From: Felis catus | Lineage: Eukaryota | Assembly: GCF_018350175.1 (NCBI RefSeq) | Contig: NC_058382.1 | Span: 53,942,001-54,006,000 of the forward strand | Direction: 5' to 3' | DNA: 64,000 nt | In this document: positions 1-11,591 of the stretch, piece by piece | Layout: each line of letters starts with the position of its first letter | Numbering within the stretch: position 1 is the first letter of the stretch | Made by a program: the position numbers and the translations under genes | Notes under the pieces: generated by a model | The model's database searches: none | Told to the model about the DNA's origin: nothing | Seen by the model: only the letters and a program-made list of their open reading frames with translations

Positions 1-64
1 CAGCCTTTTCTATGAAAGCAATAGTACACCTAGACATATATTATTAACAAGGGCTTAATTTTAA

Positions 65-285
65 GAGTGGGAGTTCTAGAGTCAGGGATAATTAGATTTA
101 AATCTTGACCCTATCACTAGTTTTTGTAACAAGGGCAGTCTATTTATCTTCTCTGTGCCTAGGTGTCCTTATCTATAAGGATTTGATAGCGTACCTCCTA
201 AGGTTGTGACCAAGATTTAATGAGATAATGCAGGTGTAATCCTTGGCACAGAGCCTACTATGTCATAAGTCCCCCATAAACAGCA
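65..285 (+). mobile_element. MIR SINE remnant
   Basis: Degenerate MIR core (tctctgtgcctaggtgtccttatctataagg...aaggttgtgaccaagatttaatgagataatgca) resembling the MIR consensus; boundaries approximate. Confidence 0.7.
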
Positions 286-359
286 GTTGAAGGTTTTGAA
301 AAACTAAAATTATAGACATGCAGAGATCCAGAGATTACTTAGTTGAACATCTCTCGTAG

Positions 360-590
360 AGCTACCACTTACTGGGAACTATTATGTGCCAACTGGCTTT
401 CTGGATGCTTGTAATTTATTATTTACAGTTCTTAAAGAGCCCTACTGGCCACATATCATTATCCTCCTTTTCCTAATGAAGGACCTGAAGACGAGTGAGG
501 TTAAGTGACTTCCTCGAGGCCACGGTTAGCACCTGGCTGAACCAGAATTTTAATCAGGGTTTGCCCGTCTTCAAAACCTGTGCTATTTTT
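360..590 (-). mobile_element. MIR SINE remnant
   Basis: Antisense MIR core (attatcctccttttcctaatgaaggacctgaagacgagtgaggttaagtgacttcctcgaggccac). Confidence 0.65.
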
Positions 591-945
591 CCATACTGTA
601 TATTGCCTCAACAGGTAAGAAAGTCTGGAGAGAAGACTTCTTTAAATTTTAATTTGCTCAAGATAAAAATAAATAAATAAATAGGACTAATAACCCAACT
701 ACAATCCAATTCTTTGAATCCTATGCTGGTTTAGTTTGCACCAACCTTCAAGGGCTCACCCAGCACCACACAAATAGATTTAGAGCATCTCTATTCAGGA
801 CATGTGCATGCCCACATAAACTACACGTTATGTGTTGACCAATAATGGCATTTTAAGACTCCTGTTTGGAGGTGGGAAAAGGGGACATTTAGTGCCTGTG
901 GATTACCCAAGGGTATGAATCACAACTTCGTTTTTTTCCCCCCAA

Positions 946-1316
946 TGTTAAAAAAGAGACAATGAGCCAAAAAATAGAGTCATCTGACCCCCAGGACAGC
1001 AAACCAAGAATGAAGCCCAGTTTCAGCCTCTCCCTTTTAACTAATAGTTCATCTGAAATTTCCTATCAGCACTGGGGAGGTAGGGAATCTGCATGATAAA
1101 AGTCCTGCCAAAAGGGTGTCCTGACCTAAAGCAATCCTTTCTTTTCTTTTGCTATCACTTCCTCCCCCCACCCTCCTTCCTATAAAAACCTTCCACTTTG
1201 TACAACTCCTCAGAGCATCTCTCTACTTGCTAGAAAGTTTGCTGCCTGACTTATGAATTGCTTACTAAAGCCAATTAAAGCTTCAAATTTACTCTGCTGA
1301 ATTTTGTTTCTTAACA
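946..1316 (+). mobile_element. ERV1-like solo LTR (carnivore type)
   Basis: Inverted termini TGTTAA(946)...TTAACA(1316); 4-bp flanks ccaa/ccac (TSD with 1 mismatch); TATA box TATAAAA at 1181; ATTAAA at ~1274. Confidence 0.75.
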
Positions 1317-2299
1317 CCACTGACCCCACGTTTCTTTTTTTTCTTTTTTTGATCCCACGTTTCTAAGCTTCCCAGCATTGCTTCCAGTCCTGTTGCCCAT
1401 AATATTTGTGCCTCAGTTTCCACATTTGGAAAGAGGAACTGTTAATACTTCGCAGTGCCACTGTGAGGATTAACAGATCTGAAAGCACTGGGTATAATTT
1501 TGTACAGACAATGGGTGCCCAGCCACATGCAGTTTCCTTCCCTACCCTAGAAACACAGCTCTGTCACATAGCCGTGCCCTCATCTCAGCCCTGGGCAGGA
1601 CATGATATTCTATAGGATATGTCCCGAACCGTGCGCACACCTAGCTTCTGTTTACACCAAAAGAGATTCTTCTATCGGGACTCTCGTTCGATGATGGGTG
1701 GTGGCGACAAGGAATCAAAGTGCAGTCTTGGGACATTCAGCAAACATTAACCACTTCATTAGTGATTACTTCACATTGAGCTCTATTGTACGCCAATTAA
1801 TCGCTGGCACAGGATCCTGAGGACGGACAAGCTAGTCACAAGTGATGAACGAGCAGCACACTCAAGGGCTTGCAGAAATAAGTTGCACGGAGAAGACGCA
1901 AGAGCCAGGCCTGGCATCCCCTTCCTGGGATGAGTGGGCGTTCACGTCGCTGATTTCGAGAAAATGTATCTGGAGAATAAGGACCACCTGTAAGCCTGGC
2001 TCTGACGGCAGTCAGCTGTCAACCCCTGAGTGAGCCACTATGCAGGCCATATTTATAAAGACAGAGGGCAGACGTGGTCAGAACGACGGGGCTTTGGATT
2101 CCAGGAGCTGTACGACGGGGCTTTGGATTCCAGGAGCTGTACTTCCTGGCTGGGTGGCCTTGACCTCACTGGCTGGCCTCCCAATCCACTGCCGCTCTGA
2201 ATGTTGATAATCCACGGCAGAGCTATACTCATTTGAATTTTTATGATGGAGTTTTGTGGTTGGTTTGTTCACCATGAACAATTATTTGGTCTGATCCTC

Positions 2300-2799
2300 T
2301 GCATTAGTTTCTGATAGCTGCTATAACAAATTACTGCAACTTAGTGGCTTAAAGCAATTCAAGGTTAGTGAATTAAAACCAACACCTTACAGTTCTGGGG
2401 TCAGAGGTCCAAAGGGGGTCCTACTGGACAAAAACTGCAGTGTCATCAGAACTGGGTTCCTTCTGGAGGCTCTAGGGGAGAATCCATTTCCTTTCCTTTC
2501 AGCTCCTACAGGCTGCTTGCATCTCTTGGCTCTGACCTCTTATTCCATCTTTAAGATGAACCACTCTGGCCTTTGCTTTGTCATCACGCCTCCTTCTCTG
2601 ACTTTTGGATTACACTGGACCTTTCTGACGACACTGGGCCCATCCACATAATCTAGGATAATCTTCCCACCTCAAGGTCCTTACCTTAGTCATATATGCA
2701 AAGTTCCTTGTGCCATGTCAGGTAACACATTCACAGGTCTTGAAGTTAGAGTGTGGACATCTCGGGGGAGGGGGACAGGGATGTCTTCTGTCTACTACA
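2300..2799 (-). mobile_element. MLT1 (ERVL-MaLR) solo LTR
   Basis: Begins tgcattagtttc..gctgctataacaaattac (reverse of MLT1 3' end); internal ccttctggaggctctaggggagaatcc; ends ctactaca. Confidence 0.85.
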
Positions 2800-4949
2800 C
2801 CACTGTACAGTCAGTCAGATTAAAATTCAATGACAATAACCTAGGAGAAAGAGCTCAACTTCCACTGGCAAATCACTTTGAATATAACAAAGAAATGGAA
2901 GGGCAAAAGAAGTTGGAACAAAAGAAATGATTGTTGAGTTGGTTCAACTCAAACTGAACCACTCTGTGGTCAGTTCCATTCTGGGGAAACGACGATTATA
3001 AAATGACCAATTACGCAGACTTGCTTCAGAGAGGTGATATTCACAGAGCATCTGGTAGGTGTCTAGCACACTGTGGGGAAAAAAACACTAGTTCTAACTT
3101 TGAGGTCCTCCCCTCTTTGCAACCACCACACCATTCCTGCAAGAAGAAAAGAGCTGGTTGTTGAGCGCCCAAGGATAAGTGGCACTGGGACTTCCTGACA
3201 CAACGACATCTCCAACGAACTCACTTAGAGAAGCCCACGAAGACTTCTTTTGTCAGACTTACACTCTTACAGATTTTAGAGGTAGTAAATAACATGGAAG
3301 GCGTTTTAGAGCCTACACGGCATTTTCTGCCTTCATATTCACGACTCTCTCCTTAGAGGTGTTAATTCTCTCTACCCAGAGGAAGAGAATAAGGGTCAGA
3401 GTGGTTAAGCCCAAAGTCACATGACAGAGAAATGGAAACCCAGGCTCTAGTCCAGCTTTTCCAACTTTGCACCCCACGCTGTCTGTATATTTTCTCATGT
3501 TTGTGTCACATCCATGTATTACAGCTGGGAAAACAAGGATAAAAGACTCCAACAGAAATTAACAGGTGAGTCAACCTCAGAGCAGCTGCGAATCATGTAA
3601 ATGAGATGACCGATCATTATTTTTATTGCAATGTTTTCCTTTGAGTGTGTTCCTTGGGCTCAGAATCCTGGTGGTGGAGTGACCTGGGCTTGAGTCCTGG
3701 TTCTGACATTTAGAGCTCGGTGATATTCTGCAAGTCACGACCCTCTCTGAGTCTCAGTGCCAGCTCTTTCTCCAGTAAGGCCCTGTGTTACTGCCGTCTG
3801 GACATAAATGTAACAGTGAAGGTAACTGTTGTGTGACAGATTAGTGGGGTCAGACTATCCTTATGGAAATGTTCCAAGGGAGGTTTGATTGAATTAATCC
3901 TTCTAGAACCCTTGCAATTATGTGGAAACAACGATAGAGGCTAACTGACAGGCTTGGCTAAGGTGAGCCAGCTTTCCCTCCATCAGTCTTGTCCATATTT
4001 TCTTGGGGCACTTATTTGGGGGAGATAAATATTTAGGTTTCAAGAAATCACGCTCAGTTTCTCTGGGGCCTTCTCACTTCAGCTAGATATAAAAAGAGCC
4101 ACGGTTAGGAAGGTGCATCATAAATCCAGGGACAGCTATTCTGGAACTGATTGGAGACACTTTCAAACCTAATTAAAGTGGTTTCCCTTTTTGAATTTGC
4201 TCCAGGTATGCATTTATTGCCTGGGCTAGAAACTAATTTGTAGCCAGATTTGGGATCCAGGCCCTTATACTGGGAGGTTTGTTATATGTGATTAAGCTAA
4301 ACTATTTAGTTTAATACCAGAGAAGTCATTTGAAATAAAAGAAATTGCATTCCATATTCAAGAAATAAAATAGCCTTCTAAGTATACACAGAATTAAGTT
4401 GCATAAAAATATATTTTCTGAAACCAAGTACCTGTTTCAGGTGCTTTCTAAACGTGGCCTTGGAAATATTTGCCGTAAAATCATTTCTTCAACCACAAGC
4501 CCCATTCCTGCAGACATAAACCCAGGGCCTTTTTCACCCATTGCCTTATTTTCTCACCCTTTCTAATCTCATGCTGACCTCCTTCTAGTGCAGTGTCCTC
4601 ATAAGGAATGAATGTGATGTAAATTATTTAGCACAGTACCTGGCGCACAGAAGGCACTCACCAAATCCTAGCCTACCTCAGTAGCATCATCAGCATCATC
4701 CTCACCATCAGTTGTCTAGGGACCTATCTTCTGGAGTGGCGGGGGGCAGGGAGGTGCGGGGGGCTGGAAGACGACACGTGGAAGCCAGAGAATCACTAAT
4801 CGAGGGAATTAACCTGTGCCTGACGATGGCTTTCACTGAGCTGCCTAAACCACTCTGCTATGTGGATCTGGCTAACTCCATACTACAAAGGAAGAACGGA
4901 GGCACGGACACATTCACACGACTGCTCAGGATCAAACAACCACGTAATT

Positions 4950-5250
4950 CTCATTACCTTGCACCTCCCAGCCCAGTCATTGCCCCCTCAGGGAAACCAT
5001 CGCTAAACCCCTGGTCAAAGTCTGGTCTCACTTGGTGTCACTGGTATACAACCTCAGAGCATCATGCACTGCTCCCCCCTTGTAATTCTTCGCATAATCA
5101 CATCTTTACCTATATTATCCTAAATTGTTATTTGTCTCTACCAACATGTCATGAGCTTCTTGTGTGGTTTTCTCGCTATCATACCCTAGTCTCTAGCACA
5201 CACAGGTACCCAATGCCTAACTGCTGAGTGAATACATGAAAGAATAAAGA
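4950..5250 (+). mobile_element. L2 LINE 3' remnant
   Basis: L2-like 3' end (ctagcacacacaggtacccaatgcctaactgctgagtgaatacatgaa). Confidence 0.55.
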
Positions 5251-5924
5251 GATGCATCAAAAAGACCAACAATAACAAGTCTTGTTGAGGATCTGGAGAA
5301 ATCGGAACCCTTATGTATTGTTGGTGGAATCATAAAATGGTCCAGCGACTTTGGAAAACAGCTCGGCACCTCCTCAAAACCCTAAACATACAGTCGCCAT
5401 GTGATCCACCGAGTCCATTCCTAAGCATATTTCTAAGATAATCTCCAGGAGAAATATGTGTCCACACAAAAACCATGCATGTTCACCATATCACTATTCA
5501 TGAGAGCCAAAAAATGGAAGACGGCCCAAATGTCCATCAACCAATGAATGAATAAACAAAACGTGTTGTATAACCATGGAATATTATTTGACAATTAAAA
5601 AGAATGAAGAACAGATACACATGCTGAATTATGAAGACTTCATACTAAATGAAATAAGCCAGTCATAAAAAAGCCACATATTACATGATTCCAATTATAT
5701 GAAATGTCCAGAACAGGAAAATCCATAGAGACAAAGTTTAGCGATTGCCAGGGGTCCCTGGAGGAGGGGTGAAGAGTGACTGCTAAGGGCTAACGAGTTG
5801 CTCCTCAGAGGCCATGAGAATATTCTGGAAATAGATGCTGGTGATGGGTGCACAACCATGTTCACACACTAAAAACCACTCAATTCTACACTTGAAAATG
5901 GTGAGTTTCGGCACAGAGGTTTTT

Positions 5925-6205
5925 TTAGAGTTGTTCATGATACTCTTACGGTAGATATATGTCATTATCCACTTGTCCAAGCCCATGGGATATGCATCAA
6001 GAGTGAACCCTAACGTAGACTATTATTGGCTTTGGGTGATAATGACGTGTCAATGCAGGTTCAAAGGCTGTAGCTAAGGTACCAATCTAGCGAGAGACGC
6101 TGCTACTGGGGAAGGCTCTGCATGTGTGGGAGCAGGGGATATAAGGGAAATCTCTGTACCTTTCACTCAATTTTACTGTATACCCAAAACTGCCCTAAAG
6201 CATGA
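5925..6205 (+). mobile_element. L1MC-like 3'UTR fragment nested in older L1
   Basis: agagtgaaccctaacgtagacta...ctttgggtgataatgacgtgtcaatgcaggttc...gggaaatctctgtacct matches the L1MC 3' motif as recalled. Confidence 0.7.
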
Positions 6206-6211
6206 AATTTA

Positions 6212-6406
6212 GGGGCACCTGTGTGGCTCAGTCGGTTGAGCACACAACTCTTGATTTTGGTTCAGGTCACGGGATCGAGCCCTGTGCCGGGCTCCACTGA
6301 GCACTCTCTCTCCCCGTGCTCCTCCCTCGCGCTCATGTGTGCGTGCGTGCTCTCTCTCGCGTGCTCTCTCTCTCTCTCTCAAATTAAAAAAAATAATAAA
6401 GATAAA
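6212..6406 (+). mobile_element. CanSINE (tRNA-derived carnivore SINE)
   Basis: ggggcacctg head, A/B-box-like region, (CT)n, A-rich tail; TSD taaagcatgaaattt / taaagcataaaatct. Confidence 0.95.
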
Positions 6407-8388
6407 TAAAGCATAAAATCTCATTTAAAAATGATAACTTTTATGTATGTGAGTAATATCTCAATAAAGCTATTATCTAAGAGAAGAAATGTACAACGTG
6501 CTGGACCTTCTCTATCTACCCCAACACCAGCCTCCCTCCCCACATGGGGCTGCTTCTATTGGGCAGTGGGGCCTCCTTGGGGACCATCAGCCCTTCACTG
6601 CTCACCTAATTCTCCTCTCTGGGATCTGGGAAGTTGACAGGGAACCAAATACCCTCCACCAATTCCTGCCACGAATTCATCAGGACGGTTTAATCACAGG
6701 AAGCTTGCTCTGAATGCCTCAGTAATGAATCAGTATGAGCTCCAGCCCCAGAAATAATGGCAACAGACTTCCAGCCACGTCTGTTTTGTAATGTGAGTTG
6801 TTCCACTCTATGGCTGCTGTCGTATAAATGTTTTTAAATAACAGAATCAACCATGGTCCAAGCTCATCTTCGATCACTTCCTGTCTAGACCAAAAAGCAC
6901 AAGGCTAGTCTTCCCGTCATAAAAATACATCACAAACTTTATCCAAGTGGCATCACCTGCCCCTGTCATTCCCAGTCAGATCTGTCAACATGTCAGCACA
7001 CTTAGAATATCTGTCACTTATAAGTGAGGGACACACAGAATTTACACAGGATACCTACCCTCAAAGGATCCTATCAGAGAAAGGCTGAAGAAGAACCCAG
7101 TGTTTGGTGAGAACTTAAGGGGAGTTTTTAGAGCCACTCTTTAATGTAATTTATAAATAAATGGGTTCCTTCCTGGTTCTTTCTGTAGAATTTGCCAATG
7201 GAAAGTGACACAAATCTGACTTGAAAGCTTATGTAAATAAACTAGCAACTACCTAGATTTTTTTTAAGTAGAAGACAGATTTATTTTTTCACAAACACAG
7301 CTTCTTGTTAAGAAATTATGTTTAGATGTTTCTACTCCTCCCCAAACTTTCCTAGCAGCCAAAATATTCTTGGGCCCATCTCCCTACAATGACATACGTT
7401 CTCAAGTCCCCTGCCCCACCCAAACTCGACCCCTAGAGGTTTGATAGTCTCTTTCTTGAGCCTCTTCAGGTCTCAGTCTTTACCGTATACATTCCTTATT
7501 TCATCTTCCTGAAAGCTTTCAAATGCACATATTGCTATGCTAGTATTGCACAGATTAAAGAACTAAGGCTCAAGGTAGTAAAGTGATTCACTAAAGGTTG
7601 ACAGTGAATAGAAGTGAATGGGGCTATAACTGATGGTGTCTGATGGATCTCTGACATGTCTAGATGTCACACATGTCTAGATGTTTTCTTCTCACTAATT
7701 GCTTTTGACTTGAGCTCCTCCTTTTATAATTTGAGGAAATGGATGCTTATTCAGATCGCCCAGATTGGAACCTACAGTGCAGCCCTTATCAGTAACATCA
7801 TGCTTCAACCTCCATGGAGGTGGGATGGATAATCAATAAACACCTTCCCAGTATCTAATAATAAATAAGAGACCTGGAAACCTTACTTCCAGTGGGTGGG
7901 AAAAAAACGAACTAAAAAATCTCTGTTAAAATGACTGGGAAACACAAAATGATCATTAGTCATATACTGAAAGACTGAGAGAAATGATATGAAATAGGGT
8001 AGGCAGAAAACACTTTCTAGAGAAGGGCTGCTAATCTGAGTCCTGGATGATGCACAATACTTGGAATAGTACATTACCAAGGGATAAACCAAACATTGTA
8101 CCACTGACCTCCACAATGTGCATTTTCTTCTTTCTTATGGGGACTGGTGTGGAGAAAGGTTGAATTTCTGATTTTCTTCACACAGGAAAGTAGAAAGAGG
8201 CGTTGTATATAGGAGCAGTGTGGAGCATGAGCCTCAGACCCTGGGCTCCCTCCTTTCCCAAGCTCCCCCTCATCAGATGACTTTCTAAGCTGGTGGTCCC
8301 GAGGTGGAGGAGATTCACTGGCCTATGTGTTACCGATTCCTGTATCTTCAAGGAAAAAAACAAGGCCACTCTTCCAGTGACCCCAGAT

Positions 8389-8597
8389 TGGTAGTTCTCA
8401 GCTTAAGGAAGACCTATTTGGCAATGTCTGTAGACATCTTTGGTTGTTGTGACTTGGGGGAAGGAGGGTCCTACTAGTATCCACTTGGTAAAGATCAAGG
8501 GTTTCTCCTAAACATCTTACAATATACAAGACAGCCCTACCATAATAAAGAACTACCCAGCCTAAAATATCAATAGTGCTGAGACCGAGAAACACTG
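8389..8597 (+). mobile_element. MER20 (hAT-Charlie) non-autonomous DNA transposon
   Basis: tttggcaatgtctgtagacatctttggttg...aaaatatcaatagtgctgagaccgagaaacactg matches MER20 consensus. Confidence 0.85.
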
Positions 8598-9359
8598 CCC
8601 AGAAGGACATATTCTTAGTTATTTTTCCAGTTCCAGTCTAGGCCAAGCATTGTCCCCCATGTGGCAGGAGACCAAACCTTCTCATCTCCATTCTCCCTTC
8701 TCCAACTATTGACCTAGTAATGTGGACCAGCAAGGATTAGGCTGCCCATGCCAATAACTTGCCAGTATCTTAGGCCACCTGTGTCTAGCTACCCTCTCTA
8801 TTTGGTGCCATTGATTTGACTTGTTCTTGAATTATACTCATAATATCCCTCTCTATTATTTCCAGGTAAAACAAGCACAGGTTCAGGAAGGAGAAGCAAG
8901 TAGTTTTTCTGAAGCCCTTGGTCTAATCTCTGCTTATTGTAGGAATCTCACATTTCTTGGTACATAAATTTCTGTCCAAGTCCTTCCTTGCTTTCCATTC
9001 AGCTTTTGCCCTTGGTCACACAGCTCCCTTGTCTCAGGAGACTAGATAACAAGAGGGTGAATGGCAGAATGTAGACATTACAATCAGACACAGAACTCTA
9101 TAATGCTAGTGTCATATTTGAGTCTTCTCAGCAAACCCATCACCTGTGAAAGTGGCAACTGGGTGTCAGAGGAAATGGAGCAGAGATATTTCATTTGTAG
9201 GGGAAATTCCAGATCATCCCAAACCCAATGGCTGAGACACATTTCCAAGAGGAACAGATGGGTGCCTATGAGCATGAGGGCTTCAAACGTTCAGAAAAAG
9301 AAGATGTTTTAGCCAAACCTCCTGGGGGAATCCATCTGGTCCAGGCCAAGACAACTTAC

Positions 9360-9483
9360 CCCATGAGGAGGCTAGATGAGGCCCGACAAGGCCTGCAGTT
9401 CTGTGGAGGCGGGCTTGTGGAAGACCGACGTTCTCATTGGCGACCGGTCTATTTGGGTCTTGATGGCGACTAACGGATCATCT
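9360..9483 (-). other. Candidate spliced exon (probably non-coding, or with an internal stop)
   Basis: Minus strand: tgtgtcttcttctttctcag| acceptor and GGG|gtaagt donor; 8 CpGs in 124 nt against CpG-poor flanks. Confidence 0.4.
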
Positions 9484-9916
9484 CTGAGAAAGAAGAAGAC
9501 ACAATGCTGAGAAGGCAACCCCAAGAATCCAATCTACCTGTTACAAGTGCGCCTTAAAGGAATAACCCGCACACGACTCAGCCGAGCTCCCATTGATTGG
9601 AGGGTTGAGAGTTGCAGGTCTCCAAGTTCAGGGTGAAAGACTGACACATTCAAGGACAACTCTCAGTGGGCATTCGATTCCCACCAGCTGTTTGGTATTA
9701 TTTTTCACAGCATGGCTTTCTGTGCTGCAGGTCATTAAGCCTCCAAACTCCCAAACTCCTTAGCCTTGTGAAACTTCAGCTGATAATGTAATGTGACCAC
9801 GCTATGAAATGCAACAATCTCTGGAGTGGTGCACATTTACAGGTTAAGAACAAGAGTAGCACATCCCTCTAAGCACAGAGAAGATCAAAGAGGTGTCAGT
9901 AGTGAAGGTCTAAGAT

Positions 9917-11591
9917 GGTATTGCTCAAACTCTTGGTCTCAGGGACCCATTTTCACAGTGACAATCTATGGAAGGCCTCAAGGAACTTTGGTTTGTGTGA
10001 ATTATGTCTATCAATACTCAAACTGATGACATTTTAAAATATTTATTCATTCCTTTAAAAGAGCAATACTAAATCCATCACATGTCAACCTAAGTAACAG
10101 TTTCAATGTTAAATAACCATAGTTTTTAAGACAAAAAACAACTTAGTGAGAACAGTGGCATTGTTTAATAACATTTTCTGCAAATGCCTTCAATGTCTGG
10201 CTTAGTTAAAGACAGCTAGAATCTTACATTTACTTATACATTCAATCTGTTAGAATTTGGTTTTCGGTTGAAGTCTATGAAGCAAATCCAGATTCACGTA
10301 GGTATGTAATTAGAAAAGAGAAGAATACTTTAAATAGTCTTCTCAGATAATTGTGGGTAGCCTTCTTTGATACTACACCAAAACTCAACAAGGGGTATTT
10401 CTCAAAGATTAGCTGCAATGTAGAATCTGAAACCGTGTCAATATGTTTTTTTAATCTGTCCAATTAAAATTCATCAGTCTATCTCGCACTTTGAATGGTT
10501 TATCATGCATGATGAATCATTTGGAAAACAAAGATTCCCTGGGGTGCCTGGGTGGCTCAGTCAGCTAAGCGTCCAAATTCAGTTCAGGTCATGATCTCAC
10601 GTTCACGGGTTCAAGCCTTGCATCAGGCTCGTACTGACAGCTCAGAGCCTACAGCCTGCTTCAGATTCTGTGTCTCCCTCTCTCTCTGCCCCTCCCCTGC
10701 TCACACACACACACACACACTCTCCCTCTCTAAAAAATAAATAATAAACATTAAAAAAAGAAAGAGAAAATACAGATTCCCTGAGGTGTGTAGATCTTTT
10801 CTAAATATTTTCACATTTCATTTATATGATACTAACAAAAAAATAAATCACACATGTGTTAATACCACCAATCTCATCCAGAACTGGGAAGCTGTCGAGC
10901 TCACGGTTGCACATACAAGTGTTCCAAAATTCTAATTTCCACTTGAAAGCTTGAATTTTAGCATTGGCAACAAGGACTGTCGGTTGTGTCTGTTGAAGCA
11001 ACAGGCTCACCTTACTCATTTTCGAGAAAATGTCTGCCAAATAGCCAACTTCGCATAATTATAATTTGTCTGTCAATTATTCTTCTAGGTGATGGTGTCA
11101 CATGAACAAAGTGGCTAGTTGAGCTCACAACTCAAGCACGCGGTCACTCAAGTGCTTTTCCTCAAGGCAGCCGCCGCACTCTTGCTAGGCTGCAGAAGTG
11201 CTTTCCACATACTTCTCACTTCATCACACAAAATATTAAAAGATGTGTGGCCAAGGGTTGAGATTCCATGGAATTAATAATCTTTATTGCTTTATCAAGG
11301 ACGTGCTTAAGAAAAACTGGCTCTAGTTGTCTTATTTTCTTTTTTAATGTGAGAGCAGGGGAGTGAAGAAGACAGTAGTAGCTTGTACAACCCAGCTTGT
11401 GTAACCACTGTGTTGACTCCCGCCAAGGCACCAACACTGGCATCCACCATGGCTTTTGCGCCATCAGACCCAGTGTCAGTACTATGAAAAAGCCAATGTC
11501 TCAACATTAGGAAGATAGTTTTGCACTCGCAAACCTCCTGCAAGTCTTGGGGACCCACGAGGTCTCCTGGATCATGCTCAGAGGACCTCGG
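9917..11591 (-). mobile_element. Charlie1 (hAT) DNA transposon fossil with degraded transposase
   Basis: Charlie1-like termini; minus-strand peptides LKHVLDKAIKIINSMESQPL, ADIFSKMSKVSLLLQ...KIQAFKWKLEFW and FLITYLRESGF resemble hAT-Charlie/Buster transposase (ZBED5/GTF2IRD2-like) motifs, broken across frames. Confidence 0.88.
10541..10766 (+). mobile_element. CanSINE inserted in Charlie1
   Basis: Full head/body/tail; TSD aaaacaaagattccct / aaaatacagattccct. Confidence 0.95.

Larger units (their letters stand above)
5255..6478 (+). mobile_element. Old L1 (L1MB-like) ORF2 end/3'UTR, interrupted by an L1MC-like 3' fragment and a CanSINE
   Basis: Typical L1M 3' sequence (gaggatctggagaaatcggaaccc...aaatgtccatcaaccaatgaatgaataaacaaa...); resumes at ~6425 and ends caataaagct. 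Confidence 0.8.

Noticed and set aside
2934..2952. Perfect 8-bp hairpin ttgagttg-gtt-caactcaa
   Set aside because: Too short for a miRNA precursor; expected by chance in 64 kb
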